A stretch of DNA of 64,000 nucleotides from Candidatus Methanomethylophilaceae archaeon (GTDB lineage: Archaea; Thermoplasmatota; Thermoplasmata; Methanomassiliicoccales; Methanomethylophilaceae), in NCBI GenBank assembly GCA_050944155.1, contig JBMNQN010000001.1, forward strand, positions 1 through 64,000. Reading direction: 5' to 3'. A program made the translations under genes and the position numbers. This document shows, piece after piece, positions 8,611 through 17,715 of this stretch. Every line of letters begins with the position of its first letter. The first letter of the stretch is position 1. The notes under the pieces are model-generated. The model searched no databases. It was not told the origin of the DNA and was given only the letters and a program-made list of their open reading frames with translations.

Positions 8611-9515
8611 ACGAGTTCTCTTAGTTCTTTCAGAACGAACACGCCGTTCAGTTTATCGAGTTTCTCTACCAGGATATCGCGGAGTTCGTCGGCGGAAACG
8701 TTGCTCTTTCCCATGTCCGCGACAAGTTCCAGAATCATGCTCTGATAGCAGATTTTCACTTTGCTGAACACCGAAATAAGGTTGATGTTCTCGCAGGCGA
8801 GCAGATCGAAAGTCTGAAGCATGGAACCCGGGCTGTCGGGAATTTCGAAAAGGAGTTTTATCATTTTTGTGCAGGGTTTGAAGAACGTTATCGAAATAAT
8901 CCAGGATTTGGCATCGGCAACCACCATTACGTTCTTTCCGTCGATGTCCGTGAGGATGTCTCCGTATTCTTTGGATATGTCGAATATTCCGTTCTTCATG
9001 GTCGACGGGTATGCCCGGCGTATCTCGACCTTGGTATGGGAATCGGAATCAGAGCCGAACAGACGTCCGACTTCCGCAGGTACGGTTTCTATGTGGTCTA
9101 TCAGGGAAACGGAAGGGTCGTTTTCGGATTTTCTGCGTTTGAATTCCTCTATGAGCAGATCGGCTTCTCCCGCGAAATTCAGGTCGGCCATAAGTTTCCA
9201 TATGATTACTATGTCGGACATTCCGTTCATGGACACGGAATTCAGAATGTTGATTCCCCGTTCCGCGAGAAAACGCGAAGCCTGGGCGCTGGAACCGGGA
9301 ACGTCCTTCATGTAAATCGTTATGTGGGTGAGGGTTCTGTAATTTTCCTGAGGGAAGACCGACAGAATCAGTTCGTAATCTTTCGGGCCTTCCGCAGGAT
9401 ACCTGAACAGAGTACTGTAGACGCAGCCGCCGTCCACCAGTCCCATCGTATCCGACAGCCAGCTTTTGATCTTTATTTTGTTGTCCTTGACTTTGGTAAA
9501 TTCCCAGAACTTCAT
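8607..9515 (-). CDS. ACT-domain-containing regulatory protein
   Basis: Two ACT-like motifs (MKDVPGS...LAERGINI and IPDSPGS...LACENINL); coupled to the ACS-like gene by an ATGA overlap. Confidence 0.7.
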   Translation of the reverse strand: MKFWEFTKVKDNKIKIKSWLSDTMGLVDGGCVYSTLFRYPAEGPKDYELILSVFPQENYRTLTHITIYMKDVPGSSAQASRFLAERGINILNSVSMNGMSDIVIIWKLMADLNFAGEADLLIEEFKRRKSENDPSVSLIDHIETVPAEVGRLFGSDSDSHTKVEIRRAYPSTMKNGIFDISKEYGDILTDIDGKNVMVVADAKSWIISITFFKPCTKMIKLLFEIPDSPGSMLQTFDLLACENINLISVFSKVKICYQSMILELVADMGKSNVSADELRDILVEKLDKLNGVFVLKELRELV

Positions 9516-9598
9516 GAAGCTCCCAGAGGATGATTGCCGGACTTAACCATATATCTTTCCGGTATTACGGAGTGCCGTCGCGTTATCTGCGAAAGGAA

Positions 9599-9994
9599 TC
9601 ATTTGGATTTTTTGGAAAAGAAATACCTTCCGGGCACTATCGGCGACGAACCTACGGTGAAAGAGCACACGGTGCAGCTTCTTCTGATTTCTATGACGGA
9701 ACCGTCCAAAGTCATATTTTTTACGGGTTTGAGACGGTTTCTGCAGACCGGGCAGATTTCGGGTTTCTTGGTGTTTTTCGATCTGTTGTACTCTATCGTA
9801 ACGTTGATCAATCCGCGGTTGATGCCCACTCTGCGTATTCTTTCTCCGCTGACTCTCAGTTCCGGGTCGGAGGATTTCAGCTGCTTTCCGACCAGATATA
9901 CGAGTTCCCTCTGAGAGCGGACCTGAGGATTTTTGTGCATGACTATCAGAATGGCATCGGCTATCTGGTCCTCCGCCGGTATCTTATAAGTCAT
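9599..9994 (-). CDS. hypothetical protein with C-terminal zinc ribbon
   Basis: CPVC...CTVC; TATA-like element upstream near 10015-10035. Confidence 0.65.
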   Translation of the reverse strand: MTYKIPAEDQIADAILIVMHKNPQVRSQRELVYLVGKQLKSSDPELRVSGERIRRVGINRGLINVTIEYNRSKNTKKPEICPVCRNRLKPVKNMTLDGSVIEIRRSCTVCSFTVGSSPIVPGRYFFSKKSK

Positions 9995-10117
9995 GACTGG
10001 GTATTTGCTTGTCTATATATTAGACATTGTTTATTAAAAACGGTTTTCCGTTAACCCGTATCACTTTCCGCGGTCCACGCGGAAAGTTAATCAACGACAA
10101 TCTTATATTCCGTCCGA

Positions 10118-10220
10118 GCGAGGGTAGCCAAGCAGGACAACGGCATAGGACTTAAGACCCAGAGGGTAGGAAATCCTAGACCTTAGGGTTTCGTGGGTTC
10201 GAATCCCATCCCTCGCACCA
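10118..10220 (+). tRNA. tRNA-Leu(TAA) with 16-nt canonical 37/38 intron (10157-10172), CCA encoded
   Basis: Acceptor stem GCGAGGG/CCCTCGC, anticodon stem TAGGA/TCCTA, long variable arm; the intron ACCCAGAGGGTAGGAA forms a bulge-helix-bulge (CTTA pairs with TAGG; bulges AGA and AAA). Confidence 0.93.
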
Positions 10221-10277
10221 CACCGTTATACACACTTTAACAGGAAAAATCATAATCCGAAAGCACGCTGTCCGTAC

Positions 10278-10559
10278 GTGGATTACGTAACGGTCATAGG
10301 TCTGACGGCCGGTTTTATAACAACCATGGGCTATATTCCGCAGGTCGTAAAGGGATACCGCAGCAAAAGAATGGACGACGTGTCCGTTTTCATGCCTCTG
10401 GTACTTATGATCGGCATGGGACTTTGGCTGGTATACGGAATAATGCTCCGCGACGTTCCGATTGTTTTCTGGAACGCAGTCTCGGTTGCTCTGAACGCCT
10501 GGATAATTTTTATGAAAATCCGTTACGGAAGAAAGGAAAGCGGTCCGGCGGCGCGGTGA
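10278..10559 (+). CDS. SemiSWEET/PQ-loop family transporter
   Basis: 93 aa, three TM segments, IGLTAGFITTMGYIPQVVK...DVS...LWLVYG...PIVFWN. Confidence 0.85.
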   Translation: MDYVTVIGLTAGFITTMGYIPQVVKGYRSKRMDDVSVFMPLVLMIGMGLWLVYGIMLRDVPIVFWNAVSVALNAWIIFMKIRYGRKESGPAAR

Positions 10560-10665
10560 TTTTTCTGACGGATCCGGATGTTCCGGACCCGCCGGTTCCG
10601 CAAAGTTACATATAGCCAACAATGAGCTGTCTGTCCGGTTCTCAGGAACCGAAGGAGGCACTTGG

Positions 10666-10947
10666 GTGTCAATCGACAAGGACAAATTGGAAAGAGACAA
10701 AAACGAATTCAAAGTACAGGTTCTGGAAACTTTCGCTGCGCTCATAACCGCGGCATTCGGACTTGTTGCCGCTCTCGCATGGAACGAAGCAATCAAAGCT
10801 ACCATAGCGAAATTCCTATCCACCGGCAACGGAGAGCTCATCGGCTTTTTCATTTACGCAATCATCGTGACTCTGATCGCAGTCATATTCTCGATTCTCA
10901 TCGCGAAAGCGCTTAAAAAGGCAAAATCAAAGATTCCGGAAGAATGA
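10666..10947 (+). CDS. small membrane protein (DUF5654-like)
   Basis: LITAAFGLVAALAWNEAIK motif, two TM helices, GGAGG ribosome-binding site. Confidence 0.75.
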   Translation: MSIDKDKLERDKNEFKVQVLETFAALITAAFGLVAALAWNEAIKATIAKFLSTGNGELIGFFIYAIIVTLIAVIFSILIAKALKKAKSKIPEE

Positions 10948-11079
10948 AAACACCGGGCTGTCTTCGGGCAGCCCTCAAACTGTTTAACCTTTTCACGGTT
11001 ATACGTAAATACGTCTTTTTCGTGAGGACCTGCTATCTTTATATAATGGGACTCAGTCATCGGACACGGAGTTTTAACA

Positions 11080-11448
11080 TTGCTAAACAGAAACAGGAGT
11101 GCCGGCACGGATTCTTCGTCCGATAATTCCAAAAATACCAAAAGCGGCACTAAAAACAATTACAGGAGATACAGACCGAAAACGAAAACAGTTGCGAAAA
11201 AGCAGTCCATGCTCAACACGCACAAAATAAATCCGTTCAAGTACGACATGAACGAAGTGCTTTCCTCTTCGTCCATGGATCCCGCCAAGGCATCGTCTTT
11301 TCTTGCGAGCGTTATCGCCAAAGCTTCCAGAAATTCCACCAGAGACGCGAAGGATTTCGTAAAAACCTTTCTAGAATCCGGCGATCTGACGAAAGAGGAA
11401 CACGACAAAATCAACAGGCTTCTGGATAAATACAGTAAATACCGTTAA
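11080..11448 (+). CDS. hypothetical basic protein
   Basis: 122-aa ORF with TTG start, GGAG upstream and a TATA-like element near 11038-11047. Confidence 0.65.
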   Translation: MLNRNRSAGTDSSSDNSKNTKSGTKNNYRRYRPKTKTVAKKQSMLNTHKINPFKYDMNEVLSSSSMDPAKASSFLASVIAKASRNSTRDAKDFVKTFLESGDLTKEEHDKINRLLDKYSKYR

Positions 11449-11454
11449 TCTTTC

Positions 11455-11901
11455 ATGAAATTTTCAGAAATGCGCCCGGGACGGATTTTTGTACTGAGTC
11501 TCGAGCCCGGCGAAATAATAAACGATACCATCGAAGCATTTGCGTCGGAACACGGAATTTTGTACGGCGCAGTTTCCTTAGCGGGCGGGGTGGACGGCGG
11601 TTCCGTTCTCACCGTAGGGCCCAAAATACCCATCGGAGAAAAAATAACGCCTCAGACGAAAACCCTGGAAGCCCCCTGCGAAGCGACGGGATTCGGTACA
11701 ATCTTTCCCAACGAAGACGGAGTGCCGAAAGTACATATGCACGGTTCCGCGGGCAGAGGCGGGAAATCCGCCACAGGCTGTTTCCGCAAAGGAATGGTCG
11801 CGTGGTTGGTTACCGAAGTCATAGTAACGGAATACGTGGGAACCGGTCCCGTAAGAAAGAAAGATGCGGCTACGGGATTCGAACTGCTCACAGTCGAATG
11901 A
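11455..11901 (+). CDS. PPC-domain (DUF296) protein
   Basis: GRIFVLSLEPGE, GFGTIF, PKVHMHGSAG. Confidence 0.82.
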   Translation: MKFSEMRPGRIFVLSLEPGEIINDTIEAFASEHGILYGAVSLAGGVDGGSVLTVGPKIPIGEKITPQTKTLEAPCEATGFGTIFPNEDGVPKVHMHGSAGRGGKSATGCFRKGMVAWLVTEVIVTEYVGTGPVRKKDAATGFELLTVE

Positions 11902-12234
11902 TCAGCGTCTGATTATTCCGCTGGAATTGACCCAGTTGTCGAAGATTTTGTCCGTGTAATTGTTCATGTGAACTGCATCTTCTTTGTCGGGAACGATGAA
12001 TCCGCTGAGCGGAAATTCGTTGTCGCAGTAGGGACATCTCACATTGGGGCAGTTTTTATTGGCCTGAGGGCAGGCGCTGCAGGCTATCGCCCTGGACTGG
12101 AAAAGGCTGAATTCCCGTCCGCACACCGGACAGAGGAACCTGCGCGCGGCGATTTTGAGATCCTTTGTTATGCCCGCTCCCCTTTCTTCGGGAGTGAGCC
12201 ACATGGGATCCTTGGGGGATACGGGTCCGTTCAT
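11902..12234 (-). CDS. Cys-rich zinc-finger hypothetical protein
   Basis: CPVC, CSAC, CPNVRCPYC; overlaps the GGGP synthase stop. Confidence 0.7.
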   Translation of the reverse strand: MNGPVSPKDPMWLTPEERGAGITKDLKIAARRFLCPVCGREFSLFQSRAIACSACPQANKNCPNVRCPYCDNEFPLSGFIVPDKEDAVHMNNYTDKIFDNWVNSSGIIRR

Positions 12235-12971
12235 CTCTTCCCCCTCGATGCTTCCACCACTGCCTTAAGACGGTCGATTTCGGAGCATTCTTCTATGAAC
12301 GTTCCGGTGACGATTATGTCCGCTCCGGCTTTGCGTGCTGCTTCCGCCGCTTCGGGAGTACGGATTCCTCCGCCGACAATCAGCGGAACCGAAATCGATT
12401 TTTTCACCGCCGAAATCATTTCCGGAGGGACGGGACGGTCCGCACCGCTTCCCGCTTCCAGGTAAACGAAATCCATTCCGTACAGTTCGCATGCCACCGC
12501 GTATCCGGCGGCTTTTTCGGGTTCGCTGTGTTTTATCGGATTCGCTTTTCCGACCTCGCCCACTTTCATTCCCGGTTCTACGATTATGTATCCCATGGAG
12601 AGCGTTTCGATTCCCAGTTTTTTGATGTACGGTGCGGCGTAAGCCTGGGCCCCGATTATCCAGAACGGGTCGCTGCTGTTCACGAGACTCATGAAAAAGA
12701 TTGCGTCGACCTCCGGGGAAAGTTCTTTCGGGCCTCCGGGGAAGTGTATGCAGGGGAGACCGGACATTTTGTGTATGGCTTTTGCGGTGGCGCCCAGGTT
12801 TTCGGAGGTCACTCCGGTGGAGCCCCCGATCATTATTGCGTCGGTTCCGGCTTCTTTTGCGGCTGCGGCAAGTTTTCCCGCGGCTTCGGGGCTTTGCTTG
12901 TCGGGGTCGAGAAGAGCCATGTGCACGGGCCCCTTTCCGATCAAGTCCAGGAGATATTTTTTGACATTCAT
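12231..12971 (-). CDS. geranylgeranylglyceryl phosphate synthase
   Basis: LLDPDK, TDAIMIGGST, FVYLEAGSGA, LIVGGGIR, GADIIVTG. Confidence 0.93.
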   Translation of the reverse strand: MNVKKYLLDLIGKGPVHMALLDPDKQSPEAAGKLAAAAKEAGTDAIMIGGSTGVTSENLGATAKAIHKMSGLPCIHFPGGPKELSPEVDAIFFMSLVNSSDPFWIIGAQAYAAPYIKKLGIETLSMGYIIVEPGMKVGEVGKANPIKHSEPEKAAGYAVACELYGMDFVYLEAGSGADRPVPPEMISAVKKSISVPLIVGGGIRTPEAAEAARKAGADIIVTGTFIEECSEIDRLKAVVEASRGKR

Positions 12972-13798
12972 CAGATCACACCGATAATGAAGGCCGCCAA
13001 TGCTATGAGCATGGCGATTTTCGCCGATTTCTGTGCTCTGTTGGCATTTTTGAAAACAATAATCGCGGTGTATATAAAGATTGCATCAGGGAGAAAAACC
13101 AGCATGTAGAAGCTGTTCAGTGTTTTTTCTATGATGGGCCATACGCTCAGAACGACTCCCGCAATAAAAAATACCGAAGCGATTCCGGCGGCCGCTCTGC
13201 TTCCCACGGCCATAGGCAGCGTTCTTCTTCCCTCGTCGGATTCCTCATCTTCTATGTCTTTGGAAATTTCCCTGCCGACGTTGGCGAAGAAAGACATCAG
13301 GGCTACCGGCACGCAGGCGTACATGTTTCCGCATATTGCGCCGCCGACGAGGAAAAGCATACCTGTGAGGGCGGCAATGGTAACGTTTCCCGCGAATCCT
13401 CTCTGCTTAAGAAAAACTTCGTAGGAAACCATCAGGCCCGCAGCGATAAGAACCAATCCCGTTGACAGAATGTCCCGGTAAAGCAGACTCAGAAGGGCGG
13501 ACACGATCATCATCGCGATTCCGGCGGCGAGAGCCGTGCGGGGCGAAATCTCTCCGCGGGGAACTGGACGGTCGGGATGGGCCGTTTTGTCTATCTCGCG
13601 GTCGATGTAATCGTTTAGGGCGTTTCCCCCGGCCATGAATATGAAAACTATGACGCAGGAGAGTCCGATTCCGAACGCATACTCCGTGATTCCGGTTCCC
13701 GATGCTATGAATGCGCCCACGATGACGCCTATGACGCCCATTATTCCGTTTCCGAAACGGAACAGTCTCAGGAACCTGTTCACGTCATGCTGATGCAC
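12971..13798 (-). CDS. digeranylgeranylglyceryl phosphate synthase (UbiA prenyltransferase family)
   Basis: GNALNDYIDREIDKTAHPDRPVPRG and REISKDIEDEESD motifs; multiple TM segments; adjacent to GGGP synthase. Confidence 0.9.
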   Translation of the reverse strand: MHQHDVNRFLRLFRFGNGIMGVIGVIVGAFIASGTGITEYAFGIGLSCVIVFIFMAGGNALNDYIDREIDKTAHPDRPVPRGEISPRTALAAGIAMMIVSALLSLLYRDILSTGLVLIAAGLMVSYEVFLKQRGFAGNVTIAALTGMLFLVGGAICGNMYACVPVALMSFFANVGREISKDIEDEESDEGRRTLPMAVGSRAAAGIASVFFIAGVVLSVWPIIEKTLNSFYMLVFLPDAIFIYTAIIVFKNANRAQKSAKIAMLIALAAFIIGVI

Positions 13799-13821
13799 AT
13801 TGCCGTTAAATATTTAGTCGC

Positions 13822-14847
13822 TCAGACCCGGCGCATAGCGTGGTAATATCTCGTAAGGGATCTGTGGACCCTCTGAGGGTACACACCGTCCGTTTCGAAT
13901 CCCGGCGGAGATGCTTCGCAGGGAAGTATGATACCCAGGCCGCCGCCTGGGCGGAGAACCCTGTGTACGGATTCAAAAGCTCTGGAATAAATGTGGTTAA
14001 TGTCTTCCCCGCCGGTCTTCGTGGAGCGTCCGTAGGGAGGGTCCGTAACCACCGCATCCACATTGTGCCAGCATTCAGAAATATCCCCTATGTCCAGTAC
14101 CGAGCTTCCGTGAAGTTTCAGTCCGTAGTAGGCAATATTTTCTTCGGTGCCGGCAACCATCTGCGGGTCGAAGTCCGATATTACGGCTTTCATGCCCATA
14201 ATTGCAGCCTCTATGGCTACCCCTCCGGTTCCGCAGAACGGATCCAGTACGGTTTCTCCTCTCTTCGCGGAAATCAGATTTATCAGAGCTCTGGCATACT
14301 TGGGGTGAAGGGAAATGGGAGAGAAAAACGGACGTTCTCCGACCTTTCTTTTTTCGAAGAGATCCGTTTCGGTTTTGTATTCTTCGATGTAAACGTGGAC
14401 TCTGTCGCTCATGAACAGTCTTACGACGGTATCGGGATTTTTCAGATCCACTCTGTTTTCGGAAGAATAGGCATCGCCGGCGGTTCTGACGAGTTTCTGG
14501 GAATCGACGCCGGACATCATCCCTCTGAATCTTTTCGCTCTCACCGCGAAAGTACCTTCGGGCAGCTCTCCGAAATCGAAACCGGAAATGTTTTCAGGAC
14601 TGAAAGAACCGATATACCTGCCTATTCCGTGAGTAAGTGCCAGACGTTCGGCAATATAAGGAACGTTCTTCTCGGGGAGACTTATCACCGCGTATCCCGG
14701 ACCGCAGTCCGCAACGGAGAAATTGCCGTCCGTTTCCGCTCTGACGCATCCCGCGGCTTCCGCTGCGGGCATGTTCCCCAATTCTCCGGACAGTTCGAAG
14801 AAATATTCCGGGCCGTGCCCGCAGTCGGAAAGGTTTTCCGGGTCCAT
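13822..14847 (-). CDS. THUMP-domain tRNA (guanine(10)-N2)-methyltransferase (Trm11/TrmG10-like)
   Basis: RPFFSPISLHPKYARALIN, LDPFCGTGG, VVTDPPYGRS, VHRSLTR. Confidence 0.88.
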   Translation of the reverse strand: MDPENLSDCGHGPEYFFELSGELGNMPAAEAAGCVRAETDGNFSVADCGPGYAVISLPEKNVPYIAERLALTHGIGRYIGSFSPENISGFDFGELPEGTFAVRAKRFRGMMSGVDSQKLVRTAGDAYSSENRVDLKNPDTVVRLFMSDRVHVYIEEYKTETDLFEKRKVGERPFFSPISLHPKYARALINLISAKRGETVLDPFCGTGGVAIEAAIMGMKAVISDFDPQMVAGTEENIAYYGLKLHGSSVLDIGDISECWHNVDAVVTDPPYGRSTKTGGEDINHIYSRAFESVHRVLRPGGGLGIILPCEASPPGFETDGVYPQRVHRSLTRYYHAMRRV

Positions 14848-14863
14848 GGGGACCCGATAGGTT

Positions 14864-15805
14864 TCAGTCTTTAATACCGTCTTCGGTAACCATAAAGACG
14901 GCTTCGCCTTCCGGAAGGTTGGGCGAATCTATCAGTCTGGCTATTCTCTTTCCGGCCTTCCCTTTGCGCAGATATATGCGGAACGTCGCGGTGTGTCCTA
15001 CGATGTTTCCGCCTATGGGTCTGGTGGGATCTCCGAAGAACGCGTCCGGTTTCGAAGAGACCTGGTTGGTTACGGCTATGACCGCGTTGTTCACCGTAGC
15101 GAAATTCAGCAGATCGTGCATGTGTCTGTTGAGAGTCTGCTGTCTTTCGGCGAGAGTGCCTCTTCCCACGTATTCCGCTCTGAAGTGGGATGTAAGGGAA
15201 TCCACGATGAGCAGTCTGATTTTCGTGTCTTTGGCCATTTCCAGGGCCCTTCCCACGAGAAGAATCTGGTGCTGCGAGTTGAATGCGCGGGCAACATGGA
15301 TTCTGCTCAGAACGGTCTCCGGATCCTGTCCCAGATATTCCGCCATCTGGATTATTCTCTCGGGCCTGAACGTGTTTTCCGTGTCGATTATCACCACGTC
15401 GGAATCGAGACCTCCCATCTCCTCGGGAAGTGTTGCGTTCACCGCAAGCTGGAAGCACATCTGGGACTTGCTGCTTCCGAATTCTCCGAAGAATTCCACG
15501 ATGGACTGGCTCTCCAGACCTCCGCCGAGAAGTTCGTCCACGGCTTTCGATCCCGTAGTCAGTTTCGTTACGAGTTTGCGTCTTTCCAATATTTCGTTTC
15601 CGGTTTCGAACCCGCCGATATCGGCGCACATTTTTGCGCCCTCGATGATGTCCGCCGCTTTTTTCTCGCCAATCTCGCAGGTTTCTGCAAGTTCTTTAGG
15701 CGTAGCTACGGCAATGGCCATCATATCCGTGTATCCTGCTTCGCGGAGTTTTTCTGAAATGGCTGGTCCTACTCCCGGTATGTCTTCTAGGCTTTGTGTG
15801 ACCAT
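14864..15805 (-). CDS. radA: DNA repair and recombination protein RadA
   Basis: N-terminal HhH (DIPGVGP), Walker A variant [41 protein letters not shown]. Confidence 0.96.
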   Translation of the reverse strand: MVTQSLEDIPGVGPAISEKLREAGYTDMMAIAVATPKELAETCEIGEKKAADIIEGAKMCADIGGFETGNEILERRKLVTKLTTGSKAVDELLGGGLESQSIVEFFGEFGSSKSQMCFQLAVNATLPEEMGGLDSDVVIIDTENTFRPERIIQMAEYLGQDPETVLSRIHVARAFNSQHQILLVGRALEMAKDTKIRLLIVDSLTSHFRAEYVGRGTLAERQQTLNRHMHDLLNFATVNNAVIAVTNQVSSKPDAFFGDPTRPIGGNIVGHTATFRIYLRKGKAGKRIARLIDSPNLPEGEAVFMVTEDGIKD

Positions 15806-15924
15806 TGGTATCTCACCATCTGCAAAAAGGAAGCCTCGGTATATAACCGAAAGCGGGGGAGGTCGCCGAATTTACCGAAAGTGAAAGACTAAACTTTTAT
15901 ATCGGCGTTCCAGATTCACGAGGG

Positions 15925-16290
15925 ATGGCAAAAAAGAAACGCAGGATTAAAGAGGAACCTGCAGAAACCTACGAATTCAAACCCGCCGACTTCGACGAGA
16001 GGGAATTCATACTCAGGGAACTCTTCGGGACCAAAGTTTTCTTCGTAGCTATTCTGCTAGCGATTCCGTGCGCTATCGCCTGGGCTTTGATTTACGGAGC
16101 GAATTCCGCATACTGGTCCATAGGTCTTCTAATATGCATAGCAGTCGCGGTCGGTTTCAAGAAAATACTGACACTGTTCAGAATAAATCCCGACATGCTC
16201 GACAGCAAAATGATGTTTGCAAATTACGCGGTTTTCCTGCTTCTGTCACTCGGTGTGACGATTCTTCTGATAAACGCGCCGTTTATCTGA
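15925..16290 (+). CDS. hypothetical membrane protein
   Basis: Three hydrophobic segments; GAGGG ribosome-binding site and a TATA element near 15896-15903. Confidence 0.7.
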   Translation: MAKKKRRIKEEPAETYEFKPADFDEREFILRELFGTKVFFVAILLAIPCAIAWALIYGANSAYWSIGLLICIAVAVGFKKILTLFRINPDMLDSKMMFANYAVFLLLSLGVTILLINAPFI

Positions 16291-16292
16291 AA

Positions 16293-17618
16293 TCAGTTGG
16301 TCCAGCTGAACTTCGGATCAAGAAGTTCGGTAAGAAGATCCGCGGGAGTTTCTTCGAGAGTCGCTTCGTGGTCTCTGACAATCATTGTCTCGGGATCCAT
16401 CTCTCTGCCTATTCCCGCTATTGCCACCTCGTCGGCGAGCATCTCTTTGGCGGTAAAGTAAGTTCTTTCCGCAATCACGTTCCATCCGCCGTCTTCTATG
16501 AAGGGCTCTCCGTATTCGTTGTCCTTCCATTTTTCCAGGAACGAGTCGGCGTTGGGTATTCCCACCGGCGGGCCGGAGTGTTTGTACGTTTTAGAAATCA
16601 CGTCTCTCTGCACTTCGAAAGCAATCCTCATTTCGTCCGCGTCCATTTCGTGCACGGCCCTCAGAACGGTAAAATCGAAATCGTTCAGTTTCTTTGAAAT
16701 CGCGTACTGGGTCTTCCAGAGCTGGGAATAAAGATTGTCTTCGATTACGTTGGGTCTTTCGAACACCACCGTTATCAGACGGGAGCCGTGGTGCTCGGTT
16801 TTGGCCAGCAGTACGTCACGGCTCAGAGGTTCTCTTTCGCGGGGCATGAAGAATCTTATGTCGGGATTCGCCAGGTAAGATTTTGCGGCAACGATGAACA
16901 GCGACATTGTGTCGATGTGAACTGCGGAAGCGACGTTTCTGCGTGGATCCACAGGGTCGTATACCGTAAGCGGAGCCACGCTGCTCGGACCCTTCCCTTC
17001 GATTTCGATCACGGTTCCTTTGCGCCATTCCGATGCGGCTTCGAGAGCTTTTCTGAAACTTCCGTATTTGAGAACAAGCAGTTCGCAGAGATATCCGGAA
17101 AAACCTCTGGTGTCGGGTTCGGCGCCGTAGGTTTCGATCCCCTTCATGAATTTCTTGAGAAGGCGTACCTCGTCTCTCTGTTCGGGTTTTAGATTTTTTT
17201 TGATATAATCGGTATGGAAAGGCGTTCTGTCCACCGACGACTGAAGTTTTTTGGTGTTTTCCAGAAGATAACTGGGCACGACATCCACGTCCAGACCTCC
17301 GAACTTTCCTCTGGTGTAGGGATGTTCGGCATACATGCGCACGCCGCCCACCACGTCTTCTCCTGTCTTCAGTCCCTCTTTGACCAGCTGTTCTCCGGGC
17401 GTTTCGCAGGGAAACATGAGAAACAGATCCAGGTCCGGATCGGAAAGATACGTGTCTTTGGCATACGAACCCACGTATCTCACTTCGGCAATGCTCAGAT
17501 TGTTCTTCCGGATGTATTCTTCGGTTTTTTTCCTGAGCAGTTCGGCCGTCTTCCCGATATGCCGCCTTTCCGCTTCCGTCGGCCTTATGATATCGAGCAC
17601 TTCCGACTCCAGACTCAT
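16293..17618 (-). CDS. cca: CCA-adding tRNA nucleotidyltransferase (class I)
   Basis: VGSYAKDTYL..DLDLF, YAEHPY, SSVDRTPFH, RGFSGYLCELL, DPVDPRRNVA. Confidence 0.95.
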   Translation of the reverse strand: MSLESEVLDIIRPTEAERRHIGKTAELLRKKTEEYIRKNNLSIAEVRYVGSYAKDTYLSDPDLDLFLMFPCETPGEQLVKEGLKTGEDVVGGVRMYAEHPYTRGKFGGLDVDVVPSYLLENTKKLQSSVDRTPFHTDYIKKNLKPEQRDEVRLLKKFMKGIETYGAEPDTRGFSGYLCELLVLKYGSFRKALEAASEWRKGTVIEIEGKGPSSVAPLTVYDPVDPRRNVASAVHIDTMSLFIVAAKSYLANPDIRFFMPREREPLSRDVLLAKTEHHGSRLITVVFERPNVIEDNLYSQLWKTQYAISKKLNDFDFTVLRAVHEMDADEMRIAFEVQRDVISKTYKHSGPPVGIPNADSFLEKWKDNEYGEPFIEDGGWNVIAERTYFTAKEMLADEVAIAGIGREMDPETMIVRDHEATLEETPADLLTELLDPKFSWTN

Positions 17619-17715
17619 GCTCCGAAGAACGCAATCATATCTTTAAGAGTATCCCGAACCGAAAAACCGGCGGAGTCTCCCTACAGATTTAAACCCCTGT
17701 TACGATACACATACG

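Noticed and set aside
10157-10172. tRNA-Leu intron as an unusual element
   Set aside because: Canonical position with a standard bulge-helix-bulge motif; routine for archaea.
14864-15805. RadA Walker A variant (GEFGSSKS) as an inactive or intein-containing allele
   Set aside because: The Lys-Ser core and all other motifs are intact, the length is normal and there is no insertion.
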